This document shows positions 29,249-38,259 of a DNA stretch of 62,724 nt, piece after piece. The first letter of the stretch is position 1. Each line of letters begins with the position of its first letter. Origin of the DNA: a virus (lineage: Duplodnaviria > Caudoviricetes); the IMG/VR virus record IMGVR_UViG_3300025018_003784, positions 1-62,724 of that record. One strand, given 5' to 3'. The position numbers and the translations under genes were made by a program. The notes under the pieces are model-generated. The model saw nothing but the letters and a program-made list of their open reading frames with translations. It was not told the DNA's origin and did not search any database.

Positions 29249-29982
29249 AAGATATTTATGATAATGCATCTATAAAAATAAAGCGAGCACCCAGAAATTT
29301 GGATGGGATGAAGTTCCATCCAAGGCTCGCAAGGGTTACAAAACTCAGAGATCGGTTTCGAGTAGATGTCATTTTGCAATCAGGAGAAATCTTTGAAAAC
29401 GTGAGAATCCCTGGTCCATTCCTTTTGGAAACTGGAAAAAAAGCACATGGAAGAACTTACCCAATTCAAAAGAATCAACTTGTTCTCGTCGGATTTTCAT
29501 TCGGATCGCATAGATCTCCAATTATCATTCGAGCTTATTCTCACTATGGAATTGATGAGGATATAGAAAATGTTCGAGAGTTTTGGGACGAGTTTTCTTC
29601 AAAGTTTGACATGGAGAATGATATCGTTGATTTTCATAAATCAGGGTATTTCATCAGACAAACAACTGATAAAATTGAAATTTATGATAAAGAAAAGGAA
29701 CTTATAGGAGAAATTGATTTTTCTGCTAAAAAGTTAACTTGGAAGTTAGAAGACATTGATATAGAATCTAAAGTAAAAATCAAAGGCGATATCGAAATTG
29801 AAGGAAAAATAAAATCGAAAGGTGATTTTGAGTTAGATGGTAAATTCTCGGCTACTGGACTGGTTTCTTCAGATGAAGATCTTGAAGCGGCTGGTATTAA
29901 ATTTAAGCCTCATACTCACCAATACTCGCCTGGTCCATCTCCAGTAGCTCCTACCGGACCAGCTCAGTCTGGAGGGGCATAA
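29245..29982 (+). CDS. baseplate central spike (gpV/gp45-like)
   Basis: OB-fold-like N-terminus, beta-helix repeats 'IKGDIEIEGKI', C-terminal HTH metal-binding tripeptide. Confidence 0.75.
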   Translation: MKDIYDNASIKIKRAPRNLDGMKFHPRLARVTKLRDRFRVDVILQSGEIFENVRIPGPFLLETGKKAHGRTYPIQKNQLVLVGFSFGSHRSPIIIRAYSHYGIDEDIENVREFWDEFSSKFDMENDIVDFHKSGYFIRQTTDKIEIYDKEKELIGEIDFSAKKLTWKLEDIDIESKVKIKGDIEIEGKIKSKGDFELDGKFSATGLVSSDEDLEAAGIKFKPHTHQYSPGPSPVAPTGPAQSGGA

Positions 29983-29985
29983 TCA

Positions 29986-31485
29986 ATGCAAAGGTTATTT
30001 GAAAATGGTATTAATTGCCATGTAGAGATAGAACTATTTGTGTATAATCCAAATTTCTCAGATAGAATTTCTTTTCCAGTGAAATATATTTCTGGGGCAA
30101 TAACATCTACCAGATCAATTAATCTAGGTTCGAATAAAATTGAAATACCAATTAAATCCCAATTCAAATACTCAATTGAAGGTTCTGATTTCAAAACTGA
30201 AAATTATACAATAACTGAGATCTTCTCAATCAGAAGTGTAGTTCAACTAAAAGTTAATAGAAATCAACAAGGCTTTAGACAATTGAATATGGGAATTGTA
30301 AAGGATGTTACAAGACAAGTTAGTGCTTCTGGGCAGTTGTTATATAAATTAGTTATTGAGGGGATGGATTCTATATTCAAAAACAATGATATCTTTTTTG
30401 ATTTTCAGACAGTTGATGAAAACAATCTTAAGCGCCAATCGGAAAATATTGAAGGAACTCTCGAGGGTATGGCTCAAATGCTTAAAGAGTCGAAGAATAT
30501 AAATTCGACTCTTAATACATTATGGGATGAGTTGTTTTGCAATTTTCTACTGGGAAAGGTAATCGGCGGAGCTCCTAAATATGGAGGATTGAATTTACTA
30601 TCTGAAACATCAACAGATCAAGCAAATACTCTTTTAAAATTTTATCCGACAACGAAATCTTATACATCAAATTTCATTCATATCGTTCAGTTCATGTCTG
30701 ATTTGAATCCAGGTTCAAAAATTGACTTATTAGAAGTTATGCGATCTTATGCAAGTCCTCCTTTATATGAATTGTTTGTAGATTCTCTTGAAGATGATCC
30801 TCAAAATCCGTTTGAAGGAATACTTTCTATTGGATTACCAAATCAATTTAACATTGGTAATTATTCAGTTGAAAGAGATTCATCTAGTTTAGTGTTCAGA
30901 CAAACTCCATTTGCGTATTTTAAAGAAGGTGCTTGGGACAATACGGTTGATCCATTTTACGAAATATATATTTCTGAAATAAAAAACTTTTATTCCTCCA
31001 ATCCTGATGATAATAATAAGTCAGGTGTTCATGTTGGATTATCTTTTCATGAATCATCTAGTTTGATTCTAAATTATCCAAAGTACAATTCAATTTTATT
31101 AAAAATATTTGGGAAAAGATTGCTTTCGGTGAATCTAGCCGGTCTTCAAACTGTTTCTGATCCTAAGAGAAAGGAAGTAGATAAAGCAAAAAGTGAAATG
31201 GACTTAATTAGAGATATGCTTTTTGAAATTTTCTGTAATCCTCAAGAAATGAAAACTCTTGTAGGTTCCTTTGATTTGCCTTTTGCTTTTATCCGTCCAG
31301 GAGTTCCATTTTATATTAATTATGGAGAGGAAAATAAAAGTTCTATATTCTCTGAAATTGAGCAGTTAATGGGAAGATACGGATATATCGAAACTATAAC
31401 CGATACTTTGGATCCTGTGGGAAAAGCCAATTCTTCAATTAATTTTAAATGGGGAATAGATCCTCATCATCAATATGATATTTAA
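29986..31485 (+). CDS. putative baseplate hub protein
   Basis: Size and position next to the spike gene. Confidence 0.5.
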   Translation: MQRLFENGINCHVEIELFVYNPNFSDRISFPVKYISGAITSTRSINLGSNKIEIPIKSQFKYSIEGSDFKTENYTITEIFSIRSVVQLKVNRNQQGFRQLNMGIVKDVTRQVSASGQLLYKLVIEGMDSIFKNNDIFFDFQTVDENNLKRQSENIEGTLEGMAQMLKESKNINSTLNTLWDELFCNFLLGKVIGGAPKYGGLNLLSETSTDQANTLLKFYPTTKSYTSNFIHIVQFMSDLNPGSKIDLLEVMRSYASPPLYELFVDSLEDDPQNPFEGILSIGLPNQFNIGNYSVERDSSSLVFRQTPFAYFKEGAWDNTVDPFYEIYISEIKNFYSSNPDDNNKSGVHVGLSFHESSSLILNYPKYNSILLKIFGKRLLSVNLAGLQTVSDPKRKEVDKAKSEMDLIRDMLFEIFCNPQEMKTLVGSFDLPFAFIRPGVPFYINYGEENKSSIFSEIEQLMGRYGYIETITDTLDPVGKANSSINFKWGIDPHHQYDI

Positions 31486-31491
31486 TTTTTT

Positions 31492-31516
31492 CCGATAATT
31501 GATTCTTTGCCATAAT
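31492..31516 (+). promoter_or_regulatory. late promoter motif CCGATA-N13-CATAAT (tail operon)
   Basis: 7 nt before ATG 31524. Confidence 0.7.
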
Positions 31517-31523
31517 TCTATTC

Positions 31524-31787
31524 ATGGCAAATGAGAAAGGAAAGAATCCTGATACTGAAAATTCAGGTTCCCAAGAGCAACTTATACCCAATAAACAAGC
31601 TGAATCAAAAGACAATAAGCCTAATGATTCGAAAAAATCTCCCGATCCAATCTTGACTTTTTTCTCGGAAAAAGAAAAGAAACTCGGTAAACCTTTAACA
31701 GAAAGAACGAAATCTCTTTTCCTTTATCATTATACTAAAGATAAGAAAAAACCTCTCGAAGAAATATGGAGATCAATCTATGCCTAG
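31524..31787 (+). CDS. small hypothetical protein preceding the sheath gene
   Basis: ORF overlapping the sheath start. Confidence 0.65.
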   Translation: MANEKGKNPDTENSGSQEQLIPNKQAESKDNKPNDSKKSPDPILTFFSEKEKKLGKPLTERTKSLFLYHYTKDKKKPLEEIWRSIYA

Positions 31788-33576
31788 AGCAGTTGAATTT
31801 TTAGGAAGATTATATTATTCACCAGGTGCGAGGGGTGCTTTTCGTGCGAAACCTCAACCTCCTGGCCAAAGTGCAGATTTCACTACACTAATTTTGATTG
31901 GAGCATCTGAGAATGGATGGTATTTTAAAGATACATCGGTTCCCACTGAGCAAAGAATCATGGATTTTGGAAACAATGATGAAGCACTTGCTGTCCTTGG
32001 AACCAAAGGAGACTTAGCCGATGCTATAGCGAATGCCTTTACTCCTTCTAGAGATCAGAGATTTGCGAATGGTCCACAATTGATAAGAGCGATTTGTGTT
32101 TCAAATAATACAAAGGCTTCAGCAGATGCCTTAACTATAACTGGAAGTAATGTATCAATTAAGGCATTGATACCCGGTCCTCAAGGAAATAAAACTCGAT
32201 TTCGAGTTTCATCTCAAGGAAAAGTAATTGAATTAGGTGACAATGCTAATATCAATACGTCTCCGACACTAGAAGCTGATGATATTTCAATTTCCTATTT
32301 AGGAGATGCTTCTTCAGCAATTTTGACTTTAAATGCTACGGAACTAAAGGTAGAACTTTCAGGACAAAGCGATACATCTGTGAGCTTTACTTTGTTGCTA
32401 AAAGATTATTCTTCCATTGGGGAATTGGTGGATGTTATCAACTCCAAACCGTTTTTCCAGGCAATCGTTTTATCAAGACCAGATAGATTGACTCAGAATC
32501 TCGATCATTTCGACATAAGTGAATCGATCAACTTGGCTGGTGGAACTCCTAAAGTTCTTAGTTCTTTGTTTAATGAACAACAAAGATTTATGAGAGGCAC
32601 TGGGCTTGCTGAAATCGTACAACCAGCAATCAAAAAGCCTATAGGTGATATGTTAAGCTTTCTCTATCTATCAGGAGGAAATACAGCTACTCCAACACCA
32701 ACTGATTGGATTGAAGCAATCGATTTCGTTTATGCAAATAATGTTGAAGGCTTTTTCATATCTCTATGCACTGATTCTCTACCAGTTTCTATGCATTTAG
32801 CTGATAAACTATCCTTCGGTGCTTCACCCGATGGATCCAACGAAAAGTTTGGAACCACTGGATTAAGTGATCAAAAATCAATTAACGAGAGAATAGATGA
32901 ACTCAAATTAATCAATTCTGAGTTTCTTATTCCTTCCTTTTCTCCTGTTATCACTAGACAGGCTGATAAGATTTCACAAAAACAATTCTCAGGTTGGATG
33001 ATGGGAGTTATTCATAATGCGATCAAAGCATCTGCAAATTTAAGAGAAACTCCTACAAACAAAGATCTGAATATTATTTCTTGTCCTGAGACTTATGGTA
33101 ATACCGAGGTGGTGAGAATCCTTCAAGCAGGAGGGATGATTGTAACTCGAAAACCTAACCGTGGACCATTCAAAATTCATTTCGCAATAACCTCTTACCA
33201 AAAGGAAAATATCATTCTAAATCAATCTTCATTGATTTGTACATCTATGGGATTGGTAAAAGATTTTCGAGAATGGTTGGATAACACCTACTTAGGAGAA
33301 GTTCCTACTGATCCAGATGCTCAAGGAAGTGCACTTACTGATGCGGATATTCGTACTGAAATTAACAACCGTTTCAAATATGTTTATGTTCAACAATATG
33401 GATGGTTGACTAGAAACATTTATACTGGTGAAGCAGCATTCAATGAGAATTATACTATCAGAAGAGATGGCGATGCTTTATTCTTCATTTTCCCAGATGG
33501 GAAAGCAGTTTCACCAATTAACTTTATGATGTTCTTGATGAATCTCGATGTAGTTCGTGGTTCATCTAATGGATAA
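31780..33576 (+). CDS. contractile tail sheath protein
   Basis: 'LILIGASENG...GDLADAIANAF...' and 'LSGGN...DWIEAI'; followed by the tube gene. Confidence 0.85.
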   Translation: MPRAVEFLGRLYYSPGARGAFRAKPQPPGQSADFTTLILIGASENGWYFKDTSVPTEQRIMDFGNNDEALAVLGTKGDLADAIANAFTPSRDQRFANGPQLIRAICVSNNTKASADALTITGSNVSIKALIPGPQGNKTRFRVSSQGKVIELGDNANINTSPTLEADDISISYLGDASSAILTLNATELKVELSGQSDTSVSFTLLLKDYSSIGELVDVINSKPFFQAIVLSRPDRLTQNLDHFDISESINLAGGTPKVLSSLFNEQQRFMRGTGLAEIVQPAIKKPIGDMLSFLYLSGGNTATPTPTDWIEAIDFVYANNVEGFFISLCTDSLPVSMHLADKLSFGASPDGSNEKFGTTGLSDQKSINERIDELKLINSEFLIPSFSPVITRQADKISQKQFSGWMMGVIHNAIKASANLRETPTNKDLNIISCPETYGNTEVVRILQAGGMIVTRKPNRGPFKIHFAITSYQKENIILNQSSLICTSMGLVKDFREWLDNTYLGEVPTDPDAQGSALTDADIRTEINNRFKYVYVQQYGWLTRNIYTGEAAFNENYTIRRDGDALFFIFPDGKAVSPINFMMFLMNLDVVRGSSNG

Positions 33577-33593
33577 AATAGGAGAAATCAATA

Positions 33594-34028
33594 ATGGCTA
33601 CACAAGGAACTAGACCAAATCCAAATGTTTTAACAGGTAACGATGCCTTGGTTAAGTGGAATGGAACCACATTAGGATTCATGAAATCATTATCGGTTGA
33701 TATTAATAATAACGTTCAACCGATCCAAGCACTGGGTTTCAGAAAACCTCGAGGATTAAAATCACTTCAATGGTCTGGAGAGGCGCAAGGTGAATTTCAT
33801 ATTCTTAGAACAAGAGAAGAAGGAATTGCTGATATCAACACAAGTGATGATGAAAGGGCAGATGAAATCTTTATGCTATTGGTAATCGATAAAAAATCAG
33901 GGAAAAGAGTTTGTGAACTTTGGGGAGCAATTGGAACAGAAGGATTCAACTTGAATAATAATGAATTTTCTGGTAAACGTGTTTCCATCGTGCTTATGGA
34001 CTTTGTTCCTTTGGAGGCTTATAACTAA
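33594..34028 (+). CDS. tail tube protein
   Basis: 144 aa, 'VLTGNDALVKWNG...', directly after the sheath. Confidence 0.8.
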   Translation: MATQGTRPNPNVLTGNDALVKWNGTTLGFMKSLSVDINNNVQPIQALGFRKPRGLKSLQWSGEAQGEFHILRTREEGIADINTSDDERADEIFMLLVIDKKSGKRVCELWGAIGTEGFNLNNNEFSGKRVSIVLMDFVPLEAYN

Positions 34029-34037
34029 GTATTTTTT

Positions 34038-34667
34038 ATGTACAATATTTTAAATCTTAAAAGAGATTTCATTATAGAAGATGAGGAGACAGGTGAAGTA
34101 TTTCATGGAAAGTTCTCTACTCCTTCAGTAGATATCGATATAGATATTGCGGTTGCTAAACGATTGCAAGGAGCAAACTTAGATTCTTTTCCTTCTGCAA
34201 GCTATGGATATATTGTTGCTTGTAAAACTCTTGATCATGTAATAACTGATAAACCTAAATCATTTTCATGGAAATCATTTGAAGAAGTCCCTGATTATGA
34301 TTTTGTGATTAATATTTTTGAAAAGTATTCAAAACTCAAAAGTGAATTTATAGAATCGGGAAAAAAAAATAAAAACAGAACAAGCACTGATTCAAAATCC
34401 GGAACTGATTCAAGATCTTTTTCTCATTCAAAAATACAAAATGACAATGAGCAAGGAATTCAACACGATTCAAGATCTGTACCCGTTTCAGAAAATGTTC
34501 ATCGTCGAGGCAACATCGATACTGGGGAATTTCGAGACCTACCTTTTGAGAATCAGGCAGTTCAACAAACTCAAAGAGATCATGGCAACCGATCCGAAAA
34601 TGTACATTCCTCAGGGAATTCAAACTTTCCTGGTGGAAGTGGAAGGGTACACCGAAACGGATATTGA
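34038..34667 (+). CDS. tail assembly chaperone (G)
   Basis: Between tube and tape measure; GGG-A9 run at 34358-34369. Confidence 0.7.
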   Translation: MYNILNLKRDFIIEDEETGEVFHGKFSTPSVDIDIDIAVAKRLQGANLDSFPSASYGYIVACKTLDHVITDKPKSFSWKSFEEVPDYDFVINIFEKYSKLKSEFIESGKKNKNRTSTDSKSGTDSRSFSHSKIQNDNEQGIQHDSRSVPVSENVHRRGNIDTGEFRDLPFENQAVQQTQRDHGNRSENVHSSGNSNFPGGSGRVHRNGY

Positions 34668-34746
34668 GAAACAAGGCGAGTCTATCAAACAAATTGAAAT
34701 AGATAAACTGAGAAAAGAATTAGGAATCCTCAAAGAAAATGTCTGA
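34354..34746 (+). CDS. tail assembly chaperone frameshift extension (T)
   Basis: Frame open from 34354 (NREKKIKTEQALIQNPELIQDLFLIQKYK MTM...) to 34746. Confidence 0.55.
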   Translation, partial: NREKKIKTEQALIQNPELIQDLFLIQKYKMTMSKEFNTIQDLYPFQKMFIVEATSILGNFETYLLRIRQFNKLKEIMATDPKMYIPQGIQTFLVEVEGYTETDIEKQGESIKQIEIDKLRKELGILKENV

Positions 34747-36472
34747 ACATATAGATATATCAGTAAAAGGAATTCCAGATTTTGGAGATGTTGAATCTAA
34801 GCTTCAGCAAATTGGTGACAAAGCCAAGAAAACAAAAATAGGGATTCCAAATCCTACTTCCTCTTCAACATCGAATAAGCAAATACCTGCATCGAAGGTT
34901 ACAAACAAAGCATCTGGCAATTCTACAAATTCTGTTTTTCAATCAAAAGATAGAGGAGCAGTTGCAGCTTCAATGGTCTCATCTGATATTGATGAAGGTG
35001 CTCGAGGGGGTTTCTACAACGCATTAAATTCAAAAGTAAACCTCCTTAAAGGTATCGGATCAAATAAAAATATAGAAACAAATGAACCACTGTTAAACAA
35101 AGAATCAGCAAAAACCTCTTTAGATAATGGAAAAAAGGAAATAAATGAAGCGATTTTTAAAAATGTAAAAATCGAAAAGATGAACGGAAATTCAAATGTA
35201 ATAGGAAATCTTCGAGGTTCTAGTCCTTCTTCCGGAATGAGCCCAGCTTCGGGGGGAGTAGATTTCTCAGGTGGAGAGGAAGGAGGTAGAGGATCAATTA
35301 TCTCAAAAATAGGAGGAGCCATTCCATTCATTGGTGGTGCTATTGCTGCAGCAACTGCTGGAGCTCTCAAATTAGTAAGTGATGTTGGTCAAAGACACGT
35401 TTCGGCTATTCAATCTCAAATTGGAACCATAGGAGCAACTGGTCGTTATGTTGTCGGTGGCGAAGGATATTTTGACAATTCTCAAGTTGCATCTGCAAAA
35501 GTTAGTCGTTCACGAATAAATGGAAATTCGACTGATCCAGATATTGATAAACAAGAGATGATGTTCGCTTACTCTCAAGGGAGAGGTCTTTCTGAAATTG
35601 TAGATTCAATGGCAAAGTTAAAAAAAGAAAATGGATCTTCTTTGAATTTCTATAGAGGAGCAGCCCAGCAAGCTGGATTTTCTAATTTAAGACAATCTGA
35701 ATACTTAACAAAATTAGGCGATATGTCCGAAAGTCTTAGATCAAAGGGATATTCCGGGGATATGTCTTCTTTTGCATCATCTTTAGCTGGATTAAGCATC
35801 GGTGGGTTTGGTGATCCTTCTAGAAAGATGTCAGTCGCAGAATCGATTGGAGAAAAGAGTCGTTCTGGAGTGTTTGGTGGTGGAGTAGTAGGTGGTTTGG
35901 CAATGGCTGAAGCACTAAAAGAGAGTGGCGGTGATTTTGACTCTGCTATGAAATTACTCGAAGGTAAAGATGGTCATAAGTATGGAATGAATGCACTAAG
36001 CGGATTCGATTCAATGACTAGAGGAGTATTATTCAAACAACAAGGAATTGGTTCTTATACTGAGGGCTCTGGTTATTCATTTGATCCTAATAAGCAAATT
36101 TCAGCTGCAACTGATTTGAACATTAGCGGTCAAAGAGTCACCCAGATGAATAATTCAATAAACGAACAGTATGCTGGTTCCACAGGAGCTCAAGCTGCAG
36201 AAACTGGATTTACTTTAACAGAAGGTATGTTAGAAACCGTAAAAACGTTGAATGAACCAATAAAGGCTTTAGCTGGAACCATAAAATCTTTGGAAGATGT
36301 TGCATTCAAAGAACTAACAGGTACTTTACAGGTAATGGCTCCGTCATTAACGAAATTGGCATCGGGCGACTTTGCTGGAGTATTAAAGGAGATCATCCAA
36401 AAAGCACTCTCTGAAAGTGGAGGTGGATTAAACCCAGGCTTACAAGCGGCTAAATGGGCAATGTCTGATTAA
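34739..36472 (+). CDS. tape measure protein (short)
   Basis: Gly/Ala/Ser-rich helical protein after the chaperones. Confidence 0.7.
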   Translation: MSEHIDISVKGIPDFGDVESKLQQIGDKAKKTKIGIPNPTSSSTSNKQIPASKVTNKASGNSTNSVFQSKDRGAVAASMVSSDIDEGARGGFYNALNSKVNLLKGIGSNKNIETNEPLLNKESAKTSLDNGKKEINEAIFKNVKIEKMNGNSNVIGNLRGSSPSSGMSPASGGVDFSGGEEGGRGSIISKIGGAIPFIGGAIAAATAGALKLVSDVGQRHVSAIQSQIGTIGATGRYVVGGEGYFDNSQVASAKVSRSRINGNSTDPDIDKQEMMFAYSQGRGLSEIVDSMAKLKKENGSSLNFYRGAAQQAGFSNLRQSEYLTKLGDMSESLRSKGYSGDMSSFASSLAGLSIGGFGDPSRKMSVAESIGEKSRSGVFGGGVVGGLAMAEALKESGGDFDSAMKLLEGKDGHKYGMNALSGFDSMTRGVLFKQQGIGSYTEGSGYSFDPNKQISAATDLNISGQRVTQMNNSINEQYAGSTGAQAAETGFTLTEGMLETVKTLNEPIKALAGTIKSLEDVAFKELTGTLQVMAPSLTKLASGDFAGVLKEIIQKALSESGGGLNPGLQAAKWAMSD

Positions 36473-36474
36473 CC

Positions 36475-37260
36475 ATGAGCGATTCCCTTTTAGAAGAAGA
36501 ACAAAGACAAAAATCAGGTATAGATAAGGGTGCTATACTAACAACTTATGTTGCTCCACCTGAAGATTCGATATTTGATTTTCTCAATGAAAATATTCCA
36601 CTAACGGGTCTTACAGGAAGAGAATTGGATATTCCTATAATTAAAGGTCATCCTCTATTTCAAGAGGGAATTTCAGAATCTGGAGTAGATGGTCTTCTCC
36701 CTAAAATTGGTATAGAATGGGCAAGAGACAATAGAACTGAGTCATTGGGTATGAACGAAATTTCAACTAAGCCAGACCAAAACTTCTTTGATATGTTAAA
36801 TGAATTGGCTCAACTTCCTGATAGTAGAAGGATGCCTTCAAAAGAGTTTTTAGATAAACTTTCTCGAGCAAAAAGAATACAGCAATTCCAATGGATTGTA
36901 CAATCTGAAGTAATTATCACTGGATTTGCTTCTGGTATGTCTGGAAGAAGAGTCAATCAATGGATGTTTGAAGTATGCGATGGATTACTTCCATTAATTC
37001 AAAATGATATTCCTATTTATTATCCTGGGTGTTCTGTATTATTAAATCCTGACTCAGAACCCAATTTATCTTCTACGGACTTTGGGAAGCCTGTTTTTGG
37101 ATTTGAAATTAGGGTATTGATTGTACAAACAAGGAATACTTGGAGAGAGAAACCTGATTTCCTTTATCCAAAAACTAAAAAATTCGAAGTTCATTTCAAA
37201 GGATCAAAAACGAGGTTTGAGGGTAGCTTTGGTCTAGAGACTTATGGTAAGCCCGATTAA
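36475..37260 (+). CDS. putative tail terminator/completion protein
   Basis: Position at end of the tail operon. Confidence 0.4.
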   Translation: MSDSLLEEEQRQKSGIDKGAILTTYVAPPEDSIFDFLNENIPLTGLTGRELDIPIIKGHPLFQEGISESGVDGLLPKIGIEWARDNRTESLGMNEISTKPDQNFFDMLNELAQLPDSRRMPSKEFLDKLSRAKRIQQFQWIVQSEVIITGFASGMSGRRVNQWMFEVCDGLLPLIQNDIPIYYPGCSVLLNPDSEPNLSSTDFGKPVFGFEIRVLIVQTRNTWREKPDFLYPKTKKFEVHFKGSKTRFEGSFGLETYGKPD

Positions 37261-37295
37261 AATTGAGGGTGACACGGTGTCATCCACCTATTTGT

Positions 37296-37511
37296 TTAGT
37301 ATTTCCCATTAATTTTAAATGAAACCAAATGAGTATCCAAAATCGATTTTGCTTGACTTTCTCTTGGAACGATAGTTCCATTTTTAACCATTCGTTTAAA
37401 ATTCTCATTCGCCTCTGTTAATGAAATATAGATTGGATCACTTTCCAATTCTTCATTATATAAATTAAGAACTTGATCAATTTGAATATCTATTGGTATT
37501 TGTTTGTTCAT
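37296..37511 (-). CDS. hypothetical accessory protein
   Basis: AAGGA RBS; opposite strand to the late genes. Confidence 0.55.
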   Translation of the reverse strand: MNKQIPIDIQIDQVLNLYNEELESDPIYISLTEANENFKRMVKNGTIVPRESQAKSILDTHLVSFKINGKY

Positions 37512-37611
37512 ATAAATTTCCTTGTGTGTAAAAAGTATTGAGATGATCTTTTATTGCTAAATCAACAGGAGGAATCATCTTAATTTAATCCGTACCATGA
37601 AATAAAAATAG

Positions 37612-38151
37612 CTAAGCCGCTTTTTCTATAAGCCACTCTTGAACTTTTCTAACCATATAGATCTTATTTTTAAGTTTATATTCTGTGATTTTCTCTGAGA
37701 TAATCTCTTTAAAAAATTCATCTGGATGATTAAGAGTTTGTTCAAGTTCTTTCAACTTATTTTTATAAAATTCTCTTTTTAAGTCGTGATAATATTTCAA
37801 AGCATCGTGATCGACTTCATTTTCCATTAAGAAACTTATAATTTTTTCATGGATCAAAGTCATTAGATGTTGGTCAATCATTCCAATTAAAGAATCATCA
37901 GCTTCTTCTTTAGATCTTCCAGAAGCAACCAATCCCAAATCTATGCAATCGATTATAAATTCGTTTTCTTCCGGATCGAAAAATTTTAAGACATGAAGGT
38001 CAAATTCTAGCCCGTTCAATGTTTCGCTACAATCTATAACATAGTAAGCTAGAGAGAAAGGAACAAGATTTTCATAAATTTTAGGTTTTTGTAACATAGT
38101 AGATTTACCGTCATTAAGATAGTAAAATACCCAATTTTCGGCTAGAATCAC
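37612..38151 (-). CDS. HicB-like domain accessory protein
   Basis: 'FIIDCIDLGLVASGRSKEEADDSL' resembles the HicB N-terminal fold. Confidence 0.5.
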   Translation of the reverse strand: MILAENWVFYYLNDGKSTMLQKPKIYENLVPFSLAYYVIDCSETLNGLEFDLHVLKFFDPEENEFIIDCIDLGLVASGRSKEEADDSLIGMIDQHLMTLIHEKIISFLMENEVDHDALKYYHDLKREFYKNKLKELEQTLNHPDEFFKEIISEKITEYKLKNKIYMVRKVQEWLIEKAA

Positions 38152-38225
38152 TTGGGTATCTCTATAGTTCTATTTATCGGTAAAATGTCAATAGATTCAA
38201 AGGAGAGGGAAGGCAAAAAGAAACA

Positions 38226-38250
38226 CCGATATTACCGAATTTAGTATATT
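38226..38250 (+). promoter_or_regulatory. late promoter motif CCGATA-N13-TATATT
   Basis: 9 nt before ATG 38260. Confidence 0.7.
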
Positions 38251-38259
38251 TTTCATTGA

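Noticed and set aside
38156-38180. Minus-strand CCGATA upstream of ORF 37612..38151
   Set aside because: The hexamer at the 13-nt spacing (AGATAC) does not fit nAnnnT.
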